A stretch of 64,000 nt of DNA, from NCBI GenBank assembly GCA_032250835.1, contig JAVVEA010000001.1, positions 1-64,000 on the forward strand, in the 5' to 3' direction. This DNA is from a bacterium (GTDB lineage: Bacteria; SAR324; XYD2-FULL-50-16). The notes beneath the pieces are model-generated. The model searched no databases. It had not been told where the DNA came from and saw only the letters and a program-made list of their open reading frames with translations. Within the stretch, counting starts at the first letter, position 1, and each line of letters begins with the position of its first letter. Both the position numbers and the translations under genes were made by a program. Shown here piece after piece: positions 49,399 to 57,874 of this stretch.

Positions 49399-49421
49399 AG
49401 GGGCCGAAAGGCCCCTTTTTT
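49399..49421 (+). terminator. Intrinsic terminator after csp
   Basis: AGGGGCC-GAAA-GGCCCCTTTTTT. Confidence 0.85.
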
Positions 49422-49878
49422 ATGGCCCTGGTAGGGCCCCGCCCCAGCGTTCGCCGTGGCAAAGGTAACAAGAGGGGCCCAGGTCTCCTTTTAGATCGAG
49501 GCCATGGCAGCCGGATAGGGCGCAGCTGGACTCTGGGCTATGCAGCCCTGCCGCGTGGAAATAGCCGCCGTACAGTAGATTATGCCCCGGTGCATAGCTG
49601 CGGTGGTCTTGATAATTATCGCTCCACTTGACTCCGTGGCAGCTATAACAAGAGGGCCCGTTACCGCCGGTTAAGTCGCTGCCATGGCAGCTCGAAGAAC
49701 TACAATAGCTATTGGGGTGTTTATAGTCTTCGCCGTGGTACACCCCGTCTTTATTTTTGCTGTGGTAGCTATCGTATCCCTGCCCGCTGTCTTCTTCGGT
49801 TTCCTTGGACTCATCCCCCGTAGGGTCTAAGTCAGACGCTTTGCAGCCTATAAGGCTCAAGGAGAGCAGCAGAACCAA
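49420..49878 (-). CDS. Tetraheme cytochrome c lipoprotein (2 CX4CH + 2 CXXCH); 5' end possibly frameshifted in a T9 run
   Basis: Lipobox LIGC; CSSSSCH, CYSCH, CALSGCH and CYLCH in two repeats homologous to the 55150-55878 protein. Confidence 0.8.
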   Translation of the reverse strand: MVLLLSLSLIGCKASDLDPTGDESKETEEDSGQGYDSYHSKNKDGVYHGEDYKHPNSYCSSSSCHGSDLTGGNGPSCYSCHGVKWSDNYQDHRSYAPGHNLLYGGYFHAAGLHSPESSCALSGCHGLDLKGDLGPSCYLCHGERWGGALPGP

Positions 49879-50017
49879 AAAAAAATTGGCTGATTCTTCA
49901 ATTTAACAAAAACTACAACGGGGTTTGCTTGGTGGATGGGCGTTGCCCTTAGACCCCAATAATCTAGCTAAACCTGCCCGCAAAGAAAAGGGAAAAAACC
50001 ACCGAAGCTTGTGAGTT

Positions 50018-50551
50018 CTATGCTTTAAGGGGCTTCTTCGAAAAGAGGGGCCAAAGAATCAAGAAGCTCGCTATCCCCACCCCCAATACGCTCATAGTCG
50101 CCGAAGGCGTGGCTAGCCAGGATAGGTTGGCCTTTGCTGCGCCAGTGCTGCCTAAAGAGGGAGCCAAACGCCCAGCGAGCATCCAACAGAGCGGATAAAA
50201 CAGGGCGCCAAAACCCAATAAAAAGGCCGTTAGGCTGCGGAGTTTTCGCTCAACCGGTACCAGCGCCAAGCCCAGAATCAAGACCAAGGCGGTGGTGCCC
50301 ATACCGGTGGCGTGGAAGTGGGCGCGTTTGATGTAGGTCCATGATTTGCCCAATATCTTGTCCATTTTGCTCTGGTCGCTATGGTAGACCTGTTCAAAGA
50401 CCGCCTGTGCATCGTCTCGGAGGCCTGCTTTGATGTCGTCTTCAAAGACTCCGAAGTAGATCCCAAGGCTAAAACCGTAGATCAGCGACAGCAAGGCCAG
50501 CATTGTACCAATGCGCATCTCACGTAAACCAGACAATAATACAGCCGACAT
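50018..50551 (-). CDS. Hypothetical 4-TM membrane protein with HxH motif
   Basis: AAGGAG RBS, four hydrophobic helices and RAHFHATGMG. Confidence 0.75.
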   Translation of the reverse strand: MSAVLLSGLREMRIGTMLALLSLIYGFSLGIYFGVFEDDIKAGLRDDAQAVFEQVYHSDQSKMDKILGKSWTYIKRAHFHATGMGTTALVLILGLALVPVERKLRSLTAFLLGFGALFYPLCWMLAGRLAPSLGSTGAAKANLSWLATPSATMSVLGVGIASFLILWPLFSKKPLKA

Positions 50552-50666
50552 ACGACTCCTTTAGGTGAGGTCGGTTAATCCAAGTGTCCTAATGCAACCT
50601 AGGGGCTTAAAGCTAGCTCCCCGTTAAATTAAGGTAAAATTTTTGAAATAGGGTAATGTATCGGGA

Positions 50667-51338
50667 TTAGACCTTGTATTCGAGCATGTACCCAACGCCA
50701 CGGATGGTGTGGATGTATTCTTTGGGGGTTAATTCCTCTAGTTTCTTGCGGATGGATTTGATGTGAACATCCACCACATTGGTCGTCGGGTCGAAATCAT
50801 AGCCCCAAACGTTTTCCAGGATTTGGGTCCGGCTAACGACACATTCTTGGTTGCGTACCAAGTACTCTAAGATCGCATACTCTTTGGGGCGTAAAACCAG
50901 TTCTTTACCGGAGACATAAACCCGGTGGCTCTGGGTGTTAACTTCCAAACCGCCTACCTCCAGCTTGATCATCTCGGTTTGTTTGCGGCGCAGCAGGGCC
51001 CGGACCCGGGCAAGAAACTCTTCGAAGCTAAAGGGCTTGGTCATGTAGTCATCAGCGCCCATGTCCAGGCCTTTGACCTTGTCCGCCACGGTGATTTTGG
51101 CGGTCAACATCAAGACCGGAGTTTGTAACCCCCCTTCACGCAGGGCTTTGCAGACTTTAAATCCTTCCATTTTGGGCAGCATCACATCCATCACGATCAC
51201 ATCGTACTGCCCCGTTAAGCCATGTTCTAAGCCTGCTTCGCCGTCGGTGACGAGGTCAACCGTGTAGCGCTCTTCTTCTAGGCCTTTTTTAATGAAGTTG
51301 GCCACGCCTTGTTCGTCTTCGATCAATAAAATCCTCAT
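50667..51338 (-). CDS. OmpR-family response regulator (heavy-metal CusR/CzcR-like)
   Basis: LLIEDE, VMDVMLP, GADDYMTKPF, VVDVHI and IRGVGY motifs. Confidence 0.93.
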   Translation of the reverse strand: MRILLIEDEQGVANFIKKGLEEERYTVDLVTDGEAGLEHGLTGQYDVIVMDVMLPKMEGFKVCKALREGGLQTPVLMLTAKITVADKVKGLDMGADDYMTKPFSFEEFLARVRALLRRKQTEMIKLEVGGLEVNTQSHRVYVSGKELVLRPKEYAILEYLVRNQECVVSRTQILENVWGYDFDPTTNVVDVHIKSIRKKLEELTPKEYIHTIRGVGYMLEYKV

Positions 51339-52027
51339 GGGGTCCTTAATTGCTTATTTTTGATCTCTGCGCAACCGAAGAAGCCCTGCTCCATCAACAC
51401 GGTGATGTTGTCCTCGGCGAGCAGTTTGGCCGCCGTTTGGGCAGAGATTTTATTGTCTTTGTTTTCTGTATAGGTTTCGCAGAAAAATACCTTAAACTTA
51501 ACCTCTAAATCATCTTTCACCTTCATCAATCCAGCCCGGTAGGGCTTAACGTCAAACTCGGACTGCTGGATGGTGAACTGGCCGGTGACTTTCACTACCG
51601 GGGGGATATATTGGAAGTGGGTGCTGATTTCTAAAGGGCGCTTGACGCCATGCATTTCTATTTCACCGACTACCTTCTTGGGTTGTTCGGCCGGCTTGAA
51701 GTGGTCTAAATCGACCACAATGGTCGGGTAGGTGGTGGCGTCCATGTAGCCGGGTTTGTTGAGCACGTCCTCTACCATGGGGAGGTCGAATTTTAGGTCC
51801 TTAAACCGGAGCGTCAACCGCCCGGTATACAAACCATGTTCCTCCAGCAGTTCCCCCTCTTGGCGGGTTGCTTCCCCTTTAAAGTCAAAAAAATTGGTTT
51901 TGCCCGCAACCTCGATATAGCCCTTTTGGAGAATCCGGTAGATCTCGTGCCCTTCCTCTTCTTCGGCGGCCCAGAGGGACCCCGCCATCAAGCATAGGCC
52001 AAAGATCAGGGTGGTCGTCGCTTTCAT
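51335..52027 (-). CDS. YceI-like periplasmic lipid/isoprenoid-binding protein
   Basis: Signal peptide from ATG 52027 (ATGA overlap), MDATTYPTI, G.I.MHGVKRP and F.I.QSEF.V motifs. Confidence 0.72.
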   Translation of the reverse strand: MKATTTLIFGLCLMAGSLWAAEEEEGHEIYRILQKGYIEVAGKTNFFDFKGEATRQEGELLEEHGLYTGRLTLRFKDLKFDLPMVEDVLNKPGYMDATTYPTIVVDLDHFKPAEQPKKVVGEIEMHGVKRPLEISTHFQYIPPVVKVTGQFTIQQSEFDVKPYRAGLMKVKDDLEVKFKVFFCETYTENKDNKISAQTAAKLLAEDNITVLMEQGFFGCAEIKNKQLRTP

Positions 52028-53484
52028 TTGGTCTCCGGAGCGGCAAAGTCGCCGAAGCGGTGGGTCCGTTTCAAGCGTTCCTTGCGTTCTTCGTCCGTCA
52101 GGGCCTCCTTGCGGGGGCCATACTTCTTCTCTCGGTAGTCCCAGAGGTCGCCAAAATGCTCGTTGTGGCATTCTACACAGGCCTCTCGGACCTTTTTATA
52201 GGTTACGCTCTGGTGCTCTTGCTTGTGACAGGTAGCGCAGTTGACGGTGCGGAACATAGGGTCCGGGCCGATGGGTTGCCCCTGTTTGTCAAGCCAAGCC
52301 CCCTCCATAGCGGACCGTACCGCGTAGTGACAGCCTTCGCAGCTGGCTTTTTCGCCCATCAGGTACTGTCCCTTGGGGTGGCAGTCTTTACACTTGACTT
52401 GGGAATGTAGCTGCTTGATAGGGAAGTCGGTCTTGTCGTGCTTAAACTCCTTTCCCCACTTTGCCGAGAGGTCATGACAGCGGCTACAGGTATCCGGAGC
52501 AAACTGCGCCTGATGCGGGTCTTTGTGGCAATCGGTGCACAGGGAAAAGCCCTTGCGCTTAAAGTCTTTATGGTCCCGGCTCGTATGGCACTTTTCGCAG
52601 TCCACCCGCTTGTGTACCCCCACCAATTTGAACCGCGTTTTTTGGTGGTCAAAGCCCTTAGCTTCTTTGGGGTCTAACATCTTAGACCAGTCTTCGGGGC
52701 TGTGGCAGCTAGCGCACTGCTCGCCGCTGCGTCCCTGGTGGGGGTCGGCGTGGCAGGTGCTACACTGCTGGCCCAGCTTTTCGAAGGGCGCAAAGTCCGG
52801 GTGCTTTTCGTCTTTGTGGTGGCAGGCTATACAGGTCAGCTTGCGGTGTTTGCCCCGCAGCTTAAAGTCCGATTGTTTTTCGTGGTCAAATTTGGTCAGG
52901 CTCCAGGCTTGGTCCGTATGGCAACTGCTGCATTGCTGGTCTTGAAACTGGGGTCCATGTTCCTTCCCGTGGCAAGACAAACAGTCTTCGGTTAAGCCTA
53001 AGAAGGTCTCCCCTTCGCGCTTGCGCTGGTCGATTTTCAGGCTGCGGACGGCTTCTGACTGGTATTTGGGCTGGTGGCATTCCTCGCACTTAAGGGGCTG
53101 GTGTTTGCCGGTGAGGTCGAGCTTGAGCTTGGAGTGATCCACCTGAGCGGGGTCAAAAAGCTTACCTTCGCGGCCCTTGTGGTCGGTATGGCAGCTTAGG
53201 CAGTCTTTGGATCGATTGGCTTCGAGTCCGTGCCAGCCAAGACGCTGGTCGATGCGGGATTTGATCTCCTGGTGGCATTCGAGGCACAAGAGGTCGCTCA
53301 CGCCCTTGTTGAGCGTATGGCATTGCATACAACCCAGCGTGGTCTCTAGGTAAAAATGGCTTTTAGAGAGGGGGCCGGGGCTGAGCATGTCGCCCAGCTT
53401 TTCCACCATGTTTTTATCCTGCGCCCAACCGGGCAGGGCCCAAAAAAGAAAGCCCAGCAGCAGCAGCCCACGTTTAATGGTCAT
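52024..53484 (-). CDS. 16-heme cytochrome c (periplasmic)
   Basis: Signal peptide from ATG 53484; SPGPLS.SH start; 16 CXXCH counted; repeated (F)DH...F.L.G.H triheme modules. Confidence 0.9.
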   Translation of the reverse strand: MTIKRGLLLLGFLFWALPGWAQDKNMVEKLGDMLSPGPLSKSHFYLETTLGCMQCHTLNKGVSDLLCLECHQEIKSRIDQRLGWHGLEANRSKDCLSCHTDHKGREGKLFDPAQVDHSKLKLDLTGKHQPLKCEECHQPKYQSEAVRSLKIDQRKREGETFLGLTEDCLSCHGKEHGPQFQDQQCSSCHTDQAWSLTKFDHEKQSDFKLRGKHRKLTCIACHHKDEKHPDFAPFEKLGQQCSTCHADPHQGRSGEQCASCHSPEDWSKMLDPKEAKGFDHQKTRFKLVGVHKRVDCEKCHTSRDHKDFKRKGFSLCTDCHKDPHQAQFAPDTCSRCHDLSAKWGKEFKHDKTDFPIKQLHSQVKCKDCHPKGQYLMGEKASCEGCHYAVRSAMEGAWLDKQGQPIGPDPMFRTVNCATCHKQEHQSVTYKKVREACVECHNEHFGDLWDYREKKYGPRKEALTDEERKERLKRTHRFGDFAAPETK

Positions 53485-54148
53485 GGCCCTCCTCGGACTC
53501 TCCAAGCTGCAAGCTGTGGTGTTCTTTGACATAAGAAATCGGCACCACTCCGTGGATGATCCCCATAAACCCCTTGCGGGTGCTGGGGTTGATGGTGGCC
53601 ATAAAGATATGTCCGCTCAGCAGGCCAATGGACCCCAAGGCGATTAGGGTATGGCTCCAACGCGGAAGCATGCCCTGCGGGAAGAGCCACAGCCAGATAC
53701 CGGTGGCCTGAAGGGTCAAGCTGATCCCCATCATCAAAAGGCTATTGATCTTTTGGCCCATGTTAAACTTACCGGCCGCTACATGCAGCTTTTTGGGCTG
53801 GGCTTTGATCCACTCGATGTCTCGTTTTTCTATGGTCAAGATTTGCCGCAAGTTATCTAAAATCGTGCGGGTGTTGCCAATAATACTCACCAAGGGCGGG
53901 GCAAGGATCAACAAAATGCCAAAGAGCTTGTGCAAGTCGCTGATAAACTCGCTGCGCTCTTGCAGGAAAAGACCCTGAACGGCTAAAGCCAAACCGCTGG
54001 CTAAGAGCACCAAGAAAGGCAGCCCATGGCCCCAATGCAGCAAGATTTCGGTTTTGGTGAACCGCAGAAAGGTCTTGCCCGGCTGCACGGGAGGCCGGAA
54101 CCCCTCGAGCTGATCTTCTAAGTGTTCGATTTGATCACCGATGGACAT
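53474..54148 (-). CDS. Cytochrome b, FdnI/formate dehydrogenase gamma-like
   Basis: RFT..E.LLHW, LHK.FG, GKFNMGQK, SH and GHIFMA; four TM helices with heme-ligating His. Confidence 0.88.
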   Translation of the reverse strand: MSIGDQIEHLEDQLEGFRPPVQPGKTFLRFTKTEILLHWGHGLPFLVLLASGLALAVQGLFLQERSEFISDLHKLFGILLILAPPLVSIIGNTRTILDNLRQILTIEKRDIEWIKAQPKKLHVAAGKFNMGQKINSLLMMGISLTLQATGIWLWLFPQGMLPRWSHTLIALGSIGLLSGHIFMATINPSTRKGFMGIIHGVVPISYVKEHHSLQLGESEEGHDH

Positions 54149-54150
54149 GG

Positions 54151-55140
54151 CTATATCCTGTTCTGCTGCAAGAAAATTTGTTGGCCTAAGCTGACACGGC
54201 TATCTCTGCGCACCAGTCGAACTTCAAAAAATTCGGCTCGACCCAACAAACTCCGCGAAAAGGTAAAAACCTGCTCATAAGTTTCGCCGGCTTTGATGAA
54301 GTCTTTGTTTTCAGCGTGAAAGACCCGTTGCTGCTCTTCGATCACCTGCCCAGAAGCCGACTTCAGGGAAACAATCAGGTCCACCGCCTTAAATCCAAAG
54401 ATCCCTGCCGGAACGCCGTGGGGGATACGGTGGGACAGGCGCAGCGAGATCGGCAGGCCCCTTTCGGTTTTAGGGAGGAGTTGGTGGGTCGCCGTGAACC
54501 AAGGGGCTTCGCCTGCTGGAGCTTGAGGGAGCGCGTCGAAGGTGTGTTTCTTGGTATCCATGCGCCAGTGAGCATATTGCATGATGCCCTTGACGATCAA
54601 CTTGCGGTAGGCCGCGGGCATGTGGCAATCCTGGCAGGTTTGAAGCTCTTTGCCCTGGGCTTCCAGGCGCTTTTCGGTGGCTTTCCATTGCTCGAAGTGG
54701 GCTTCGTGGCAAGTGCCGCAAAGCTTACTCTCCAAGAAATAGGGATCGCTCATCTTGACGTAGTGGGCGGGCAGAACAAAGTGTGGGCCGCCAATTTCGC
54801 CGTCAGGGGTCAGGTGGCAGGTCACACAATTGACCCCTTCCTTGGCGTGTTCTTGGCGCAGGGTGACTTTGTCGGTCCCATAGATTGGCATGGCCCGGTG
54901 GCAAGCCAAACATTTTTCAACCTGGTAGTCGTCCGTTTCCTTGCGGAAGGCCTCGGAAATCCAGGCCTTGGCGTGGCCGCTTTCCTTCCACTCTTCATAT
55001 TCGTTGAAGTGACACTCACCGCAACCTTCAGAAGAAAAACTATTGGGCGGAGCTTCCACTATCTCGCTGTGGAGGAAACAGCCACTTAAGCTAAAGGCAA
55101 CCAGCGAGATTAAGAGTGCCTTAAACAGCCTTTGGTTCAA
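54151..55140 (-). CDS. Pentaheme cytochrome c lipoprotein (c554-like domain)
   Basis: Lipobox LSGC; CGECH, CLACH, CVTCH, CGTCH and CQDCH; EW..SGHA and H.VP.G C-terminal domain. Confidence 0.85.
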   Translation of the reverse strand: MNQRLFKALLISLVAFSLSGCFLHSEIVEAPPNSFSSEGCGECHFNEYEEWKESGHAKAWISEAFRKETDDYQVEKCLACHRAMPIYGTDKVTLRQEHAKEGVNCVTCHLTPDGEIGGPHFVLPAHYVKMSDPYFLESKLCGTCHEAHFEQWKATEKRLEAQGKELQTCQDCHMPAAYRKLIVKGIMQYAHWRMDTKKHTFDALPQAPAGEAPWFTATHQLLPKTERGLPISLRLSHRIPHGVPAGIFGFKAVDLIVSLKSASGQVIEEQQRVFHAENKDFIKAGETYEQVFTFSRSLLGRAEFFEVRLVRRDSRVSLGQQIFLQQNRI

Positions 55141-55149
55141 CGTGGTCCC

Positions 55150-55878
55150 TTATTTAGCCGGGGCTAGGTTATCGTTGTCACCATCGGCCCACTCAGCACC
55201 GTGGCAGCGGTAGCAACTAGGGGCACCGGTGGTGGCATCGCCGGTGAGGCTGGCTCCGTGACAGGAAACACAATTGGTGTAGGGGTTATTCTTGCCTGAA
55301 CCGTGCATCACTCCGTCTTCGCTGTCATTGTGTGGGTAGCTGCTGTAAAGCCAACGAGCACCGTGGCATTCGTAACAGCTAGGCTCGGTTGTGCTGCCGC
55401 CTTTTAGGTCCGACCCATGGCATTCGGTGCAGCTGCTTTCGGGGGTATAAAGCCCGGTGGCGTGGTAATAGCTGCCTTTAAGCTCCGTATGGCTCTCTAA
55501 AGCGGTCCATTTGTCTCCGTGGCAGCTGTAACAGCTCGGTCGGCTGCGCTTGCCGGTCAGTGCGGTGCCGCCATGACATTCAGAGCAATTGTTCTTAGCG
55601 CTGAAGTAGCCGTGCTTGTGCATGACCCCGCTTTTGTTGATCTGGTGTTCCGACTTGTCCCACATCACGCCGTGGCAGTCATAACAGCCGGGAATCCAGC
55701 CGTTGCCTTTGAGGGTGATGCCGTGGCAGGCCGTACAGTCCTTAGCGCCTTGATAGAGCTTTTTGCCATGCTCTGCGCCGTCCAGGTCGATGTTGTGTGA
55801 GGTGATCCCTTCCTTACAGCCAGCCATAGCTAGCGCCAGGAAAAGAAACCCCACAATGGCTAAAATTGAAGTCCGCAT
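55150..55878 (-). CDS. Octaheme cytochrome c lipoprotein made of four di-heme repeats
   Basis: Lipobox MAGC from ATG 55878; CTACH, CYDCH, CSECH, CYSCH, CTECH, CYECH, CVSCH and CYRCH. Confidence 0.88.
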   Translation of the reverse strand: MRTSILAIVGFLFLALAMAGCKEGITSHNIDLDGAEHGKKLYQGAKDCTACHGITLKGNGWIPGCYDCHGVMWDKSEHQINKSGVMHKHGYFSAKNNCSECHGGTALTGKRSRPSCYSCHGDKWTALESHTELKGSYYHATGLYTPESSCTECHGSDLKGGSTTEPSCYECHGARWLYSSYPHNDSEDGVMHGSGKNNPYTNCVSCHGASLTGDATTGAPSCYRCHGAEWADGDNDNLAPAK

Positions 55879-56441
55879 ACTAAGCTGCCTCCGATCAGGC
55901 CCCCCCAAGAGTTTACAATGCCGTCACAGGTGACTAGGTCCCAAGACATACTTCCGCGCAACAGCAGCGCGCCATAGTGGATATCTTTAGCGGTATAAAA
56001 GGGGCTAGGGTCGCCCAACTGATTCCCGCCAGAAACCTGTAAGTCCTCAGTCATCTCCGCGAACCCGTAGCCGATACCCGGCCCAAAGCTAAAGCCGCCG
56101 ATGTCCTTTTCTAAAAAGTAGCTGAATTCGTAGGCGATCAGCTGGACCGTAACGGCCGCAGTCAACCCCCGGTCACTCAGGTTACCGGAGCCCGACAGGT
56201 TATGGTAGGTGAAGGAAGTTTCTTGGTTGTCAAAGCCAATAAGCCCCAGGTCGAGACCCTCGGTTTTGTAACTGGCAATCAGGTCTAGGCCGAACAGCGG
56301 CATGATCTGCGTGGTGACGCCCGTACCGGCTTGTAGCTTGATATCGCCAGCCTGGACCGGGCTTGACCAAGTTAACAAAAGGCAGGTGGCCAAGGTGGTC
56401 AGCCAAGCCGTAGGGCGCATCTTCAAGGAGTTTTTCTTCAT
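55860..56441 (-). CDS. Small outer-membrane beta-barrel protein
   Basis: Signal peptide ending VQA, amphipathic strands (FSFGPGIGYG) and C-terminal GLQF. Confidence 0.65.
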   Translation of the reverse strand: MKKNSLKMRPTAWLTTLATCLLLTWSSPVQAGDIKLQAGTGVTTQIMPLFGLDLIASYKTEGLDLGLIGFDNQETSFTYHNLSGSGNLSDRGLTAAVTVQLIAYEFSYFLEKDIGGFSFGPGIGYGFAEMTEDLQVSGGNQLGDPSPFYTAKDIHYGALLLRGSMSWDLVTCDGIVNSWGGLIGGSLVCGLQF

Positions 56442-56528
56442 TGGGGTCTACCGATCAAGCGTCACAGGGTCTTAGGAGTGGTTGGTTCCGTCAATGGTGC
56501 CGCAGGCGTACTGCACGTGACTGCGGGT

Positions 56529-56582
56529 ACTTTAGGCCCCTTAAATGAAGCGAAAGTGAACCGTAGATGAAATGCAGTTCAT
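56529..56582 (-). promoter_or_regulatory. OmpR-type operator repeats plus -10 box for the barrel/cytochrome operon
   Basis: Minus strand ATGAA-N6-TTCAT-N6-TTCAC-N6-TTCAT-N10-TAAAGT. Confidence 0.65.
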
Positions 56583-56617
56583 CTTAAGGCCAAGACTAAC
56601 ATAAACTGCCTATAGGA

Positions 56618-57871
56618 TCAAAGAGAATTGATCTGGGTAGCTTTACCTGATTGGGGTAGCAAGATTTCCGCAGTAAAAAGGCCCGTATCGTCGATGCCGA
56701 GGCGTAACTTGCCTCCATGCGAAAGGACAATATAATTCACAATATTTAAGCCTAATCCTTTGCCGGAAGCTTGGAATGCCTCGGTATTCGATCCCCTAAA
56801 GAAAGGGGTGAGCAATTCCTTGGGCTTCATACCCTGGGTGGCCTTGGATTGGTTGGTTAGGGTTAGGCGCACGAAAGCCTCCTTGCGCTCGGCCGCTAAG
56901 TGGATCGAACCGTTTTCCACGCTATATTTTATGGCATTATCCAACAGGTTCCCTAAGGCCCGAATCATTAAAGTGGGGTCACAAAACAATTCAATCTCTC
57001 CGCCGCCTGCGTCAATTAATTTCAAAGATTTTGCCTCGATGCGCGGGCGCAGTTCTTTGAGGAGGTCGGCCAGCATCTCATGTACCGGAACCCGCTCTTT
57101 CAGCAGGCTTAAGGACTGAAAATTAGCACTAGCCAACAGGTAAAGGTCCTGCAGTAAGGCGATCACCCGGTTGGTCTCTTTTAGCCCTAAGGCAATGAAT
57201 TCGCGGTATTCCTCGGGTTTACGTTCTTTGCGTAAGGAAACCTCCAAATTGCCTTTGATGGAAGTCAAGGGAGAGTGCAATTCGTGGGTTACGTTAGAAC
57301 TGAAGTTTTCTTGGAACCTAAAGGCTTCGGTAATGGGCCGCATGGCCAGGATCACCAGTAGTCGGCCTAAGATGAAGCTCAAGAGGACAATTCCGGGGCT
57401 AGAAAGCAAAACCAACCGCAAAAAGCGCTGTTCGTAATTCAGCAGTTGCGTGATCGGCTCGGCGATGCGGCCTAAGTAGGTTTTATCTAACCTAAAGTAG
57501 TGGATTAGGTAGCGTTTATCCCCAAAGTTAACGACCTCAAAGACTTGGTCGTCTTGATCGGCCTGGCGGAATAACCTTTGGTTGATTGGTAAGGTGAAAT
57601 AAACTGAATTGGAGGTTTGGCTGAGCAGCCGCCCATCATTGCTGAAAATCTGGAAAACTTCGTCTTCGTTGATCTGGGTGAACTCCTCAAAGTCATTGAG
57701 GCGGTAATGATCCACAAACTCTTCGCGGCCATCTTCTACGATGTCGGCCTTGAGGGTGTCTAAGATGGATTCGTGAAGATAAAAGTAGCTGATCGAAAGC
57801 ACCAACACGCTAAAGGAGATGATCCCCAGTGTGAACAACGCGGTTAGGCGATTTTTGGTCTCTTGGATCAT
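56618..57871 (-). CDS. Membrane sensor histidine kinase (2 TM)
   Basis: THELHSPL H-box, NLLDNAIKYS, FFRG and GKGLGL motifs. Confidence 0.9.
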   Translation of the reverse strand: MIQETKNRLTALFTLGIISFSVLVLSISYFYLHESILDTLKADIVEDGREEFVDHYRLNDFEEFTQINEDEVFQIFSNDGRLLSQTSNSVYFTLPINQRLFRQADQDDQVFEVVNFGDKRYLIHYFRLDKTYLGRIAEPITQLLNYEQRFLRLVLLSSPGIVLLSFILGRLLVILAMRPITEAFRFQENFSSNVTHELHSPLTSIKGNLEVSLRKERKPEEYREFIALGLKETNRVIALLQDLYLLASANFQSLSLLKERVPVHEMLADLLKELRPRIEAKSLKLIDAGGGEIELFCDPTLMIRALGNLLDNAIKYSVENGSIHLAAERKEAFVRLTLTNQSKATQGMKPKELLTPFFRGSNTEAFQASGKGLGLNIVNYIVLSHGGKLRLGIDDTGLFTAEILLPQSGKATQINSL

Positions 57872-57874
57872 GGG

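Noticed and set aside
50590-50660. Third copy of the island operator upstream of the 4-TM gene
   Set aside because: Only loose TTTAC/TTAAC pentamers, and the -10 spacing does not match the two clear sites.
53474-54148. Formate dehydrogenase operon
   Set aside because: Only the gamma-like cytochrome b is present; no FdhA/FdnG or Fe-S subunit nearby.
54316-55089. 257-aa plus-strand ORF and other long antisense ORFs (e.g. 25287-25946, 5170-5721)
   Set aside because: They lie opposite well-supported genes, lack motifs, and are expected from codon bias.
55860-56441. MtrB/OmbB-type porin of a canonical porin-cytochrome conduit
   Set aside because: About 160 mature residues is far too short for a 20+-strand sheath; kept only as a small barrel.
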